A stretch of 64,000 nt of DNA from Phoronis australis (GCA_002633005.1 NMRA01000067.1:558010-622009), one strand, 5' to 3'; shown: positions 38,501 to 51,535, numbered from the stretch's first letter. The notes: a model not told the origin generated them from the sequence alone. Translations and numbers: made by a program.

Positions 38501-40175
38501 ATTTAGTATCCGGAATAACAAAATTAGTGATAACTTTTTAGCTCCGGTAACCAAATAGGGAAGAGTGTAGTTTTTATCACCATCTTTTTCAGTTTTCCAT
38601 TTATTTTTGGCATGTACTGTACCTATTGAACATATGTAATATTTCCTTCTACCTAGACACGTGCTATGTTTGCGAATGCCGAGAGTCCAGAATTTTCCGG
38701 AAAGTGTATTGCCCATCTTGCTGCAGACCCCAACCTGATGTCTAAGACTGGCCGGATACTGCTAACGGCTGCATTGGCTGACGAGTACGGATTTACAGAT
38801 ATTGACGGTAAAGTAACTTCGGGAACACTTGTGACAATGAATGAGATGACGGGATTGAGAACACAATGTCTGCAGTCGATGAAATCGGATGATTTGAGTT
38901 ATACGTTGCATTTCAATTAAAAGTATTAAAAAGATACTAAGTCTTGTTTTGATCATTTTCGCCCAGTTTGGTTCTGTTCGGCTGCTGCTGCACAAAAAAA
39001 CTGGTCAAATCATTAGCTGTCTGTCCCTTTGTTTGTCTCGCCACATGCATGAAGGGCAGCTATTGGATGTTGGGTGATGATGTCCGCCAACTAACTAGAT
39101 CCATCTCAGTGGCAGCCTGTCTCTTTGATCGTTTGACCAACAGGTGAAGCAGCTATTTGTTTGACGTAAACCAACCAACTCCAACTTGTCCTACCAGGTG
39201 GTGCAGTTGCTGGTTGTTGGAGACAACCAGCTAACTCCAGCCCAATGCGCTCCCCTATGCAATGCCTGTGTCGGTTTGATCGTTGTGCTTTTCACCACCA
39301 GATGGTGCCGGTAGTTAGTTGGCAACAAACTAAAAAAACTATGAACCTCTAACATTTCTCCCCCGGATGGAGCAGCTACTGGTTGTTTGACTGCAACCAA
39401 CTAGTGCGCAGCCTGTGTCTGACCACAGTGGTTTTCACCCCCAGATGGAGCAACCAATTTACTACTTCTTTTTCAACCACTTCTGCAGGAGGTGGATACC
39501 ACCAGCTCAGTGGACTACTTTGCAACTGGTTGGTTGTCCCCCAAGTAAGATGCACACATAACTGTTTGGTTGATGTCCAAGTAACATTCTCACATGGCTT
39601 GATATCATTTCTGCCTGAATAACGGAAACTTTCATGTTTATTTTTTCCATTTGCGCCTTGTTTTTTGCATATACCAGAGTTTTTTTATTCAAAACTGTTT
39701 CAGCTTCCGGCGCAGCTGTTCCCAGTTGACTGAAGCGATTCTGCGAGGGTTCAACTTTCTCATGGGGGCTATAACCCTCCACTTAGTCAGTGCTGCGCCG
39801 CCTATGAGCATTGGGTGGCGCACACCATAGTGGACTCAGGGGGCTATAGCCCCCACTTATTTCAGTGCAGCGCCGCCAATGTTACTGTGCATAAGTTATA
39901 GGATTGCCCCGTTTCAATTTCAGGTTCGAAAGTTGTCCTGCGTGAGGAGCTTGCTGCAGTGCTGAAACAAAAGGGAATACTGGAATAGAGACTAGAAACC
40001 CACACAGCGCCATTGTAGAGACCTATGATGGGGTATTGTAGGCATAATGATTGTGGGACTGCGATGTGTGAGCCAACTCCTTGGCTACAGCGGGTACACC
40101 AGGCTTGCTGCCATTATTCCCAGCTGGGTCTGCATTCCAAGGTGGCTTCTAGCGGCTGTTGCGCACAAATTTTAA
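32547..40175 (+). CDS. DHRS1: dehydrogenase/reductase SDR family member 1, paralogue A
   Basis: Exons 32547-32658, 33779-33981, 35438-35520, 36737-36869, 37423-37557, 38657-38807, then 39924-39988 (7a) or 40042-40175 (7b). TGASRGIG, VYITGR, LVNNAY, INNVGLRNHY, NISS, YGIGK, SLWPGAVRTE; 7b tail IPSWVCIPRWLLAAVAHKF resembles the DHRS1 C-terminus. Confidence 0.93.
35517..36093. other. local duplication across a single N, with and without a MITE end (probable uncollapsed alleles)
   Basis: 35517-35777 is near-identical to 35832-36093; first copy continues into CATAGGCGGATTTAGG (35778), second continues CCAGGAG. Confidence 0.75.
39760..39881. mobile_element. two tandem mini-MITE remnants (GCGCCGCCTATG / GCGCCGCCAATG ends)
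   Basis: Repeated GGGGGCTATA.CCC.CCACTTA.TCAGTGC.GCGCCGCC.ATG; 39809-39881 has imperfect TIRs CATTGG..GGCGC / GCGCCGCCAATG; absent from the same intron of paralogue B. Confidence 0.6.
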
Positions 40176-41519
40176 ATCAAATGCTGGATCATTTGAAGTG
40201 GAAAGAAATCAACAATAAATGTGCTTTTGTCATTAAATTGTGCTCATGATTAAATCATTGTTGATAATTTCATAATTGATGTTAGATTTTTGTGAGCATA
40301 CAAGTAATCTTTTTACGAAATTTGAGTGGTAGTCTTTTTGATTAAAACAATCGTGTTTCAAAATCCTTCATCTTCTCACAGGGCTGGTATTTCATGCGTT
40401 TACTGCATGCTGAACCTAGCACTTGCCGTATTGACTGAAAGTCAAAATATTTGTGTGGGTGGAACACTGCATTTATTGCTAATGTTTAATTGACCCTAAA
40501 ATGAAATTATTTAAGTATTTATGAATTATTACCACGAGTCAAGACTGTGCATCTGTTCATGTATTTGCTGGTCACGTTGATTCTTTAATAAATTACAGTT
40601 GTGGTGTGTAACATGGTGTGTTGTGACATTGTTACACGTGTCTATATATTTTGCCTATCAGACTCGCGAATGCGTGTCTTTTTAAACAGATTATGTAGTA
40701 CAGATAATCTTGAGATACTGACTATCACTGAATATTTTCGTCATAGATCGGTGAGCAGAAATCACATTTGTAAAAAAAGGCAAATGGTATTATTTGATTT
40801 TCGAACAACTTAAAAGAATTTTTGGTGAAACTTTTCTTTGAAATGGGTAATGGGTTATACTGAAGCTGCTTTAAATAGCGTAAGAGGCTGTTCATTACTG
40901 ATAGGTAACGTGTCACAATCCGCATTGATAAGGAATAAATAGAATTTGTCCGGGTGTAATAGCGGACACTGTGACGTCATATATTCACATGCGGTGTACA
41001 ATGCAGTCATAGAAATGGAGATCTGTTGGCAATAATGACACACTTTCCACACTAACAGCTAAATTTTTTGAGGCGCCACAACTACATGACACGAAAAAAA
41101 TGTCAATCGTCTTGGCATTCAAGCACATTATTTTCATACACTCGACAAATCTCAATGCCTAGTCACTGTCGTTTAAAGAAGATAATAATAATAATAACAA
41201 AATAGAAATATCAATTGAATGTCCTGGGGGAATTTGTTTGGTTAGTACAAGCACACTGCATGGCATTTTACCTATCATTCTGATTCATGATGCCCATTTC
41301 ACAAAATTTTAAAAATCTCTTCATGGCTCTGCCGAAGCTGTCAATAACAACATTTACTAGGCAAAGTAAAAATACCAATCCGAAACAACACATTATAGGC
41401 AACACATTGGCTCCCGACTAGTCAACCCCCTGCCCCTCCCCTCCCACCTTCCCACACACCACACAAGTAGCCAAGTCGACGCTTGGCCTGAAGCCTTCGG
41501 CTCTTTGCTGCTGAAACTA

Positions 41520-41695
41520 ATCTTGCGTAACGTGAGTCATAAAATTTATCCGCAAGGCGGCGTCAAGTGTGCATTGCAGAGATCAACGGCAGCGGGCTAA
41601 GGAACTGAGGACCGTATCTTTGGCCAAAGTCCAATCGTGAAGCCTTAGACTTAGCGGCACCTGTTATCGGCTCCAAATAAGCTGGAATTTCGATC
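41520..41695 (+). promoter_or_regulatory. putative promoter and non-coding first exon of DHRS1 paralogue B
   Basis: TTGCGTAA 41523-41530, TGAGTCA 41533-41539, GTAAGT donor at 41696; homologous to 31260-31415. Confidence 0.55.
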
Positions 41696-42086
41696 GTAAG
41701 TACGGTACCATAGCTCACTAAGAACTTGTAAAAACGTAAAATACGCCACATCTTAGACGGCAGTGAGTGCAGTCTAGAGTCATAGCCACTCAACCACTGC
41801 CTCTGGCATAGACACTGGCCTATAGCTGTGAGCGACTGTCTGTGTTTATGACTGAGTAAAGGCTGGCAGTAACACTGAGTAACAAGACCATCAACTTGCT
41901 CTTGAAAATCTGTGCATAACATGTTCGAACTTTTTTGAAGTATGTTACCTCAGGACCTCAGGTCTCAGGTGAAATAAAATTTCTCCAAGTCTGTTACTCA
42001 GCAATCAACTTAACTGCTGTAATTTCTCCAAGTACTTTCCAGGTCATGTTGAACAAAGTCAACAATGACTTTGCAATTTGTTGTAG

Positions 42087-45000
42087 ATGTGTGCCAATCT
42101 AGTTGGGAAGGTTTGTCTGGTGACAGGAGCTAGCCGTGGTATTGGCAAAGGCATCGCTCTGCAGCTGGGTCAGGCTGGGGCTACAGTGTATATTACAGGT
42201 AAGGTGTTTGCAATCACGACAGTGCGGTAATCAAGTTTACCCAACTAGCATGAGAGACTTGCCACTGTTCTGATTGAATTCAGAATTGTGCTCGATCTCA
42301 AGATCGCGTACTATTACGTGGATATATGTCGTGGCCGGTGAGATCAAGTGGACTATAATTCCAACTTCACTGAAGCACACTACAATCATGTTGGGATTAC
42401 ACATAGGCGGATTTAATGGAGGGGGACCCCCCCCCCGGGCTGCCACAAAAAAATAAAACAGCAAGAGCGTAGGGAAATGTTGAGTTTATTAATTAACCCC
42501 AGTAATTAACATTATACGGCTGTAACAAGATTTAAATGTGTGCAGTTTTAGTATGTTTGGGAGGGGGCTCAGATCCAATTTCAATTAGTGTCAAATTCGG
42601 AACACGGTGCAATCATAATGGAACTATGGCTAAGTATAGGCTCTCCCGCGATATCCCAGGTGACCAGTAGTGGCGCTGCGCACTACTACTTCGTTTCCGT
42701 CGTCTGCTTCACTATGCAATGAAGAAAATTACTTCATTTGTTAAAGAAAATGAAATCTGAGTGACAATGAAAAAACAGAAGCTGCTGGTAAGATGTGAAT
42801 TTTAATCGAAGCCTTAGTGAATCACTCAGAAACTCATAATTCTCTCTTTGTCAAACCTTAACTTAAGACGATTTCCAAAGCAATCGCGTCATTAATACCA
42901 ACACAAAAGACGGATTTGGTCTTTTGGGCAATTGTAGACTATTTTAAATACAAGAAATTTGTTACGAACTGATTGCATAAAATATAAAAAGTGTATTAAT
43001 CATTACAAAAAGAAGTAGGTTTCGAGCGCAAACACTGTGGACCATAAACAAGTAGGTCTCTTGGTAATAAGTTACGAGTGAAATCGTGTTGGTGCAGTGG
43101 TAAAGCACGCGCGCTCTATCCGCCAGGTCGTGAGTTTGAGTCTTTGATAATTGCAGGTTTTCAAGTTTGACACATTCTTCGTGTTTTTTTCTTGGATAAT
43201 ACTTCAGGAATCAAGGAAAATTATTGGTTTTTAGAAGAAGAAACAGAAAAATTTTCCTGGGCGGGACGGGGATTTGCAAACCCCCCTCCCGACCTCCCCC
43301 CATTCGGTGCTATGCACGTCTACAATCGTGCTTTGCGCAAACGTTTACAGACAAAATGTTGGGCCCCCCTGTGATATCCTAGATCCGCCACTGTTACAAT
43401 ACCCACTAACCACACCCCCTGGACCTCATTGACCAAATTCTTTTATTTGGGGATTTGGGAACAGAGTTGGCTGTTAGCTACTGCTGCTTGTGATGGCAAT
43501 ATTCTTTCCTGACCAATAGAGACAATGTGGACTATACTAAATCCATTGTGAAAAATTTAGAATTCATTACGGCGTTTTACCGTTGCTCCCAACTTGTTTT
43601 ATTCTATAGCCCAACAACAAGTTAGGAAGTTTACCCCTGTAGCCAATATCTTACAAGACTGATTAACTCCATTCCGGCATTTATGGTTGGAGGGCCAGCT
43701 CTAATCTCCAATAAAGATCTACCATGACTGGGCTGTGCTATTAAAAATAAAAGTTAAGTTATAACATATTTGAACAGAAACCAATAGCATTTCCGAAATC
43801 TTCGTCAAATGGTGATCATGTTTAGTTTTTGAATCGCCAAAATCGCCCAACTGCAACCGAAGTTAGGACAATAATTTCCGAATATTCCTGTGGTCTGGGT
43901 TTGACTGTGTTCACACGTGGTCTGTAATAAGCCTGGTAGATAATTGGCCTGCTTGTTGTCATAACAGACAAAAGACTGTGCTTGGCAGTTAACAAAGAAG
44001 CTAGATGTTATTACACGTTCAGAACCCCCGATGTCTGGTAAAGTCACTGAACGGGAAAACGCTGTCATAAAAATGTTTTTATTGTTCAACGTCACAAATC
44101 AAGCAACTACAACTGGCGGAATGAAAAATAATGTATACTGCAACTGTCACTCTTTTGTTGATATGCTGTAAACATCATCTTTAAAGGAGGTGAGTATCGC
44201 TAAATGGATGTTTGGAGAAATTGTTTGAATTTCTCCAATGTCACGTGGTGCGCCCAACTGGGTTCAATTCTCACTAGTGGGCTGGTAATCAAAGGAGTGA
44301 CTCTATTCACTTGGTCAGTAGTGAGGGTAATTACTGAAAGATCATGTCTAAACATAAAGCTTGAAAGCATCCAGACTGTACTTTCCATTTTGTTTTTGTA
44401 ACATGAAAACCTATGGAAACCATAAAATCTAAACAGAGGAGTACAATTTAGACTTTGTGGGTTTTTGAATTTTTAAACTTGGTCAAGTAATAACGTTTTT
44501 TTTCAACAAAAGCCCTGACCTTGACCTTGTGGCTTATCAGCTAATTACACAGCTTCACTAACAATAGACAGAAGCTGAGCCTGAAAGAATGGGGGTAACC
44601 CTTCACCCCTCCTCCCTCCAACACCCCACCTCCCCTCCCTCCAACACCCCACCCCCCAGTCGTGATGATGGAATCTGGCTCAAAAGACATTTTCAAGACA
44701 TGGATATGTCCCGACCTATACTGTCAGAAAGCCTGATTTGATTTGATTTTTTTAGACAGCTAAACATGATGAAATTTTTGTCCAACTAGTTTTAGTAACG
44801 TCTATTAGAACTTGATACACAACTCCAATCACCTTTACAGGTCGTACCCTCCAGTCCAAAGAAGGCGTACCTGGCTCCCTCCTGACTACTGCTGATGAAG
44901 TAAGCTCCCGTGGAGGAACATGTATACCCATTCAGTGTGATCACAGTAACCCTGACGACGTGAAGAAACTGTTTGACAAAATCAAGCTAGATCAAAAAGG

Positions 45001-48000
45001 CAGACTGGATGTTCTTGTCAACAATGCGTACTCAGGTGTTGATGTAAGCCATACTGCTTTTCTGCTGTTGTATTTGTGTTCCAGCCCAATATATTTAAGT
45101 ACATGATATATCCCGAATGATTTAATGTTGAGCTTTTGTCATTTAGTGATGTTCTAACTGACCATAAATCTTTTCCTTTCTCTCACTCATTGCTTACAAA
45201 CTTGTTTACTTTTATGCGCAAATCTCCGCTCAGCAGTAAGTTATTATTTTCCAGGCACCACCTAAATTTACATTGAAGATGAGAGTCTCGCTCTGAATTG
45301 ACTATCGTCTGCTGTTATTTTGAGTTGTGATGTCAGTGATTTGGTATGAATACTATTACTGCTTCTATCACCATTTCTACCACATTCATTGTTTTTGTTC
45401 AGCGGTTTCATTTTCAGCCTATATTCATGTTTCCAAAAAATCTATTTGATCATATCAACTAACAATGAAAATAATTTCAGTTAAACCGACACTTTGCCTG
45501 ATTTTGTCTGCTCAAAATTTCAGGTAATAATGGAAAACACGGGAAAGAAGTTTTATGAGAGCGATCCTGTTGAAGTCTGGGATAGTATTAACAACGTGGG
45601 GTTAAGGTTTGTTCTTTCTACAAGTAGTTCCACAACCAGACTGAGTCCACTCTGTGAGCAAACTTCAGTTTTAATGGCGCTAGGGATATGAATCTTCCTT
45701 ATATCAAAAAATGCTAATTTTTAGTTGCTGGTCTCAGTTTGTTTTTCACATCAGAAGAGATTTCCAGGCTTGGGAAGTATTGACAGCTGATTAGTGATTT
45801 ATATCTTTCTGTAAAGCATCAAATAATTTGTGTTTGTCTCACATTCTCCTCTTTATTCGTCTCTATCCCTTAAGAAAAGACCTTCATAATAGTTACTCTG
45901 GTTATGTAACGTGTGCAGGTAATTTTCAAAAGCCTTGAAGACCTTTCAAAGTTTTTTTTCATCACATTAATGACAGAAACATCTTCATTCACATATTAAA
46001 ATGTCAATTTCTAAAAACAGAACCTGCGAGCAGGTTCGTGTTGGAACTATACTGTTACTGTTAAATTTGCAATACTTGAATTTATATTTCTTTTCAGAAA
46101 TCACTACATCTGTAGTGTCTACGCTTCTCGACTGATGGTGGCACAGAAAAAGGGCCTCATTGTAAACATCTCTTCCCCTGGTGGTCTGAAATACCTGTTT
46201 AACGTGGCCTATGGTATTGGCAAGGCAGCAGTAAGAATTATGATAGACTAACAACTCTTGGACGGGTCATACCATTATTCAACCGTGTCCCATTCTGATT
46301 GCAATTTCTTCTAAACGGGTTTTAAATTGGTGCTCACAAGATCAACTACTGTATTTTAAGGATACTTAACTATGTTTTTGAGATTTACACTAATTCTTGT
46401 CCTGCCATCAGTTCATGCATCATTGTTGACCCACTTGAGTGATAAAAGCAATTTTTCAACTAAAATGTCATTTCAGCATCATATATTGGATAGTTTGGTT
46501 CTGGGTAGGTAGTCTTTCCCTACTGTTGCTGGCTTGCAGCTCGGTCTAAGTGATAGGTCATGCTTGCCTCTTTAGCAGACTTCGTAATGAGTTATCAAAT
46601 TTTGATGCGAAGTCATTGATTTCTGTTAATATGTCAAAAGTGGGTTTGGTATTGTTTTAAGCCAACTTGATATAGAGGTCTCATTGTTACTAGGATTATC
46701 ATACATAAATTGAAAGTGTGCATTTGACCAATGGCATTTTCAAATGCATAAGCCAAAGAAACCTATGACCTGATGTATTGAACAGTCTGTGCACTTGAGT
46801 GTAAAACTGTAGCTGGCAATTAAATGGGAGATTCCTGGGGCGTCCTCAATAGTATGCCGCTACGGGACTCATTTTGATAAATGATTACACAAAAGAGAAT
46901 TTGATGTAGAGCATTTACTTTGATTTAGGTTTTGGTTTATGCTTCTAAGTGACTAATCAAATTGTGTCAAATGTGAATCTGTACTTGAAACATGCCATGT
47001 ATTGGTCAGTGTTTGAATCGTCTTGCCTGTAGAGGTTAGAACCCTTTATAGTTTTATAGTGTTTGATGCTTTTCGGTTATTTGTGATCGGCTTGTCTCTG
47101 GCTTCCAGTGTGACCGTATGGCCGCAGACTGTGGCCATGAGCTGCGGAAACAGGGTGTGGCCTGTGTCAGTTTGTGGCCTGGGGCGGTCAGAACTGAGAA
47201 GATCGTGGATATGCTGAGCAGTGATGGTCCCGGCATGGATAAGGTAATTGTTCTAGTCTTGCAACTTCGTTATGACTGAGATCTTACGAAAGTGACATAT
47301 GGCTCGACCATTGCAGATGATTACTTACTTAATACAGAGTGAAAACGGAGCAAAATTACGAGGTGAAGACTGCACTGGCAGATTGTGTTTCGCTCACTTG
47401 TTACTTAGAATGGCGCGAAGCTGTAAATTTATGCACCTTTGTACCAAGGCCATCTGGTGAACAAATCCACTACTACACGAAACTATAGGAACACTATATT
47501 TATCCACTTTCACTCTTATCAGGCTTTTGTTGTGAGTCAGCAATGGTGTATAATTGGCTGATAAGCCACCTATGGACGTACTTTTGGCTGAATGATGACC
47601 ATATAATAAAATGATAATTAGCCAAGACCAGTTACATAATGCTGCATGGAATTATTTATACCTCCTGGGCTAATTTGAGAGAATGGACATCTTCTGCTAG
47701 GCTTTCGCCTAAAGTGTTTTAAAAAACTTGGTTTACAGACCTCTGATTTCCAGGATTAGGCAAACTTTAAAATTCAAATTTCAACGTTTTCATTTCCGCC
47801 ATCCTCATGGGTTATGGAAACGAGCAAAAATTGGCAACAATCCGTACGAGAAACAAAAAATATCTCGCAGCATCACAGCTAACCTTGGTGGGTTAAAAAT
47901 TAACCAAAAAATGTGACAAAAATTTGTGTCACTAAAAACTACAGTATTCCTCGAGTAAACTAAATTATTTACCGCAGTGTTGGAAAAATTGGCGTTCTAC

Positions 48001-50546
48001 CGTTATTCTGCTGCTAAAATTGTAGTCTAATCTTTTGCTCGGCTTTCGGCACCATGAAATATTGTGTCACCTTTTTGCCATGTGTATAAATATATCTTAT
48101 TCAGTGAGGCGTGGAATATGTTGCAAGCAGTTTATCCCGTTCAATCCGCCATCTTTTTGGTCACATCACATGACCTAATGAACATAAGTCCGAAAAGATT
48201 TCTACCCCCGACTGGGACTCGAATCCATGACCTTCTGCTCACTGTACAGATGCTCTAGCCACTGAGCCATCCGGACCACTGGTCAAACACAGAAATCCAA
48301 TCAGACTTAGTAGTGGGCATCTTACCCATGATCTCCATTGTGTGTATAAATATATCTTATTCAATGAGGCATGGAATATGTTGCAAACAGTTTACGCCTT
48401 CAATCCGCCATCTTTTTTGTCACATCACGTGACCAATTCAATATATGTCGGAAAAGATTTCAGCCACCGACTGGGACTCGAACCCAGGACCTTTTGCTCA
48501 CCACTAGCTGTCAAAATCCAAATTCGTTTTATGGTGTGCTTGTCAATAATAACGGCATACTAAAGTTTCTTAATGTTCGCTGTACGTCCAGAATGTATCG
48601 ACAATATTTCCTGTGGATCCTGGGTTTTGTACTTACACGCGCACTTGCAGTGAATCACATCTCGGAAATTTCAGATTTGACAGATGACAGTGAATCAGTA
48701 CAATGAAATTAAATATCGTTTTAGTGCTTGTAATAGCTATAATAAATGTTTTTTGAATATTACAATGCATGTGTTCCAAAATCTAAATAACACACAGATT
48801 AGGTCTACATTTATACTAACTTAACTTGGGTCCTATAGTTTTGTATTTGTGCACACCGAATGACAGTAATTGTGAATGTTGCTGTGTTGAAAAAGTTGTA
48901 CCAACATTTTTTTCGACCCTCTTTTCAAGTATTACAGTCAAAACTATGTATAACGCTCTCCATAAAAAGTACGATCATGTAGGCTAGATTGTAATCAGCT
49001 GATTGTATTTGCATGAGCGAACCCAATTATCCTCGCTCGTGACTCGATGAATAGAACAGCTAGGTGGGATCCCTTTGATCGTGAGCTGAGCGCGACACAG
49101 CCAAGATGGATAAATAGGGACTAGTTCAGTCTGTCAAACTCCACTGTTTTCCCTTATCATTGGGGTTTGACGCTATCTCGTTTAGTGGGAATGTTTATGG
49201 CATTGCTAAATTGAGACCATTTTCATAATGGTAATTGGTGTAAATGATAATTTCTTTTCACAAGGCATATATATAGCATAGAAGTCTTCTGTGGTTGTGG
49301 TCCCTGAGATGTCTGCTTAAGTTCCTTATCAGTATGGTTTACAGATTAAAAGTTTTTAAGCATGATTTCTGAGTTTTACTTCGCAAATACCCGTGACCCA
49401 TAAGTGCTTTACAAAATTCTGCTCATCAATTAAATATGAATAGCATTTGCTGAGATTTTGCTAAACCACGTCTTAAATTATTTATCATGATCATGAAACA
49501 TTACTGTATACTAATTTTGTCATGTATTTGCTTCATTTCTTTTGTTTATCACGACCCTTTTCAGTTGTCCGATTATTTTGACATGTACCTACTGAACACG
49601 TAATATCTCCCTTCTACCTAGTCACGTGCCATGTTTGAAGGGGGCGAGACTCCAGAATTTTCTGGCAAGTGTATTGCTCATCTGGCTACAGACCCCAAGC
49701 TAATGTCTAAGACTGGCCGGATACTGCTAACAGCCGAGTTAGGAGAAGAATATGGCCTTACAGATATTGATGGTAAAGTAATTTGTGAACACTTGAACAA
49801 TAAGTGGGATGATGGGGTTAAGAACATAGTGTCTGCAGTGAAATCAAGTGATTTGAGTTATATTTTGTATTTCAATTAAAAGGAATTAAACCCTATTTTG
49901 ATCCTTTCACCAGCCTGCTCTTGCACAAACAGGGATCTGCAAACGACTTTGGACTTAACACAAATTTTATATCGTACTCCCACTTCACAAGCTACCATGA
50001 CGGTCAAAAGTGAGAATAGGCGAGAATTTCAGGATGTTTCTCGAATTCGATGTGATTTTGCTTTTTTGTAACCATTTCTGTGTTTGCTCAGGTAACACTT
50101 GTCACGTGTAATAGCCTGTATGAAGTCATTTCTGCCTGAGTAATATCTTTCCAAGTTTTTTTTTAACTATTGTTTTCAGCTTTTGACACTAGTGTTCTGT
50201 TTGTTATTAAACAGATACTGAAAGGGTACTAACTTACAGGACTGTCCCCTTTCAATTTCAGGGTCAAAAGTTGTCCTGCCTGAATTCTTTGCTGCATTTC
50301 TGAAAAAAGGGGTGTCTAAGTTGTAATAAAGATTAGAATCCTGCACAACGCAACTAACACAAGACCTAAGAGAGGTGTACGATTATAATGGGCTTGTGAT
50401 GGGGTATTGTAGGCAAAAAGATTGTGGGACTGCGATCTGTGAGCCAAATGCTTAACTACAGTGGATATACCAGGCTTGCTGCCATTATTCCCAGCTGGGT
50501 CCGCATTCCAAGGTGGCTTCTAGCGGCTGTTGCACACAAGTTTTGA
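42087..50546 (+). CDS. DHRS1: dehydrogenase/reductase SDR family member 1, paralogue B
   Basis: Exons 42087-42198, 44841-45043, 45524-45606, 46098-46230, 47109-47243, 49622-49772, then 50262-50326 (7a, ends SKL*) or 50413-50546 (7b, ends HKF*). Same exon lengths as paralogue A; all SDR motifs intact. Confidence 0.93.
42402..43393. mobile_element. about 990-bp non-autonomous DNA transposon with 5-bp TSD
   Basis: TTACA|CATAGGCGGATT ... GATCCGCCACTG|TTACA; imperfect TIR; carries a tRNA-like stretch at about 43086-43145. Confidence 0.8.
48095..48510 (-). mobile_element. tRNA-derived SINE, one copy plus a head-truncated tandem copy
   Basis: Minus strand: box A TGGCTCAGTGG (48259-48269), box B GGATTCGAGTCC (48215-48226), followed by AGAAATCTTTTCGGACTTATGTTCATTAGGTCA body also seen at about 58832-58870; repeated at 51730-52250. 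Confidence 0.75.
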
Positions 50547-51125
50547 ATCAAGTGCTGGATCATTTGAAGTGGAAAGAAATCAACAACAAATGCGTTTTTG
50601 CCATCAAATGGTGCTCATGATTAAATAATTCTTGGTAACGAGTGCTAGGTTTTTGTGAGCATAAAATTAGTCTTTTTACAAAATTTGAGCGGTAGTTTTT
50701 CTCAAGGACAATCGTATTTCAAAATCCTTCCTGTCCACAGAGCTAGTACATGGTGCCTTTGTCGCATGCTAAATTAACTACTTGCTGTAGTTACTGATAT
50801 TCAAAATCAATTGCTAATTTTAATGATACCAAAACTAAAATTTTGTAGTGCGATAAGAAATGTAATTTTGTGTATTAAGTTGTCCTGTTGATTAGTAAAG
50901 AAATCATAGCTGTTATGTGTGTTGCTTTATTGTGAAATTTTAAGTTTTAACAGGAACACGGACAAATAGCCAAACCCTTTAGCCAATTCAAATTTTCCTA
51001 TTCCTTTCTGAAGAGAACAATTGGATTTTTTGTGGAAACTTAAGTACCTCACTAGTGTAACTTAACATCCTTTATGAAATTTTTAAATTTTCACATAACA
51101 TACACCCCCAAATGTCCGTGTCTTT

Positions 51126-51535
51126 NNNNNNNNNNNNNNNNNNNNNNNNNNNNNNNNNNNNNNNNNNNNNNNNNNNNNNNNNNNNNNNNNNNNNNNNNNN
51201 NNNNNNNNNNNNNNNNNNNNNNNNNNNNNNNNNNNNNNNNNNNNNNNNNNNNNNNNNNNNNNNNNNNNNNNNNNNNNNNNNNNNNNNNNNNNNNNNNNNN
51301 NNNNNNNNNNNNNNNNNNNNNNNNNNNNNNNNNNNNNNNNNNNNNNNNNNNNNNNNNNNNNNNNNNNNNNNNNNNNNNNNNNNNNNNNNNNNNNNNNNNN
51401 NNNNNNNNNNNNNNNNNNNNNNNNNNNNNNNNNNNNNNNNNNNNNNNNNNNNNNNNNNNNNNNNNNNNNNNNNNNNNNNNNNNNNNNNNNNNNNNNNNNN
51501 NNNNNNNNNNNNNNNNNNNNNNNNNNNNNNNNNNN
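51126..51535. other. assembly gap (N run)
   Basis: Continuous N bases. Confidence 1.

Noticed and set aside
40167-40175. HKF as a peroxisomal signal on exon 7b
   Set aside because: His at -3 and Phe at -1 are non-canonical for PTS1; not claimed without a predictor or experiment.
43086-43145. tRNA gene
   Set aside because: Box A present but box B degenerate and no complete cloverleaf; lies inside a MITE. The tRNA-like stretches at 48215-48275 and 58790-58830 are SINE heads.
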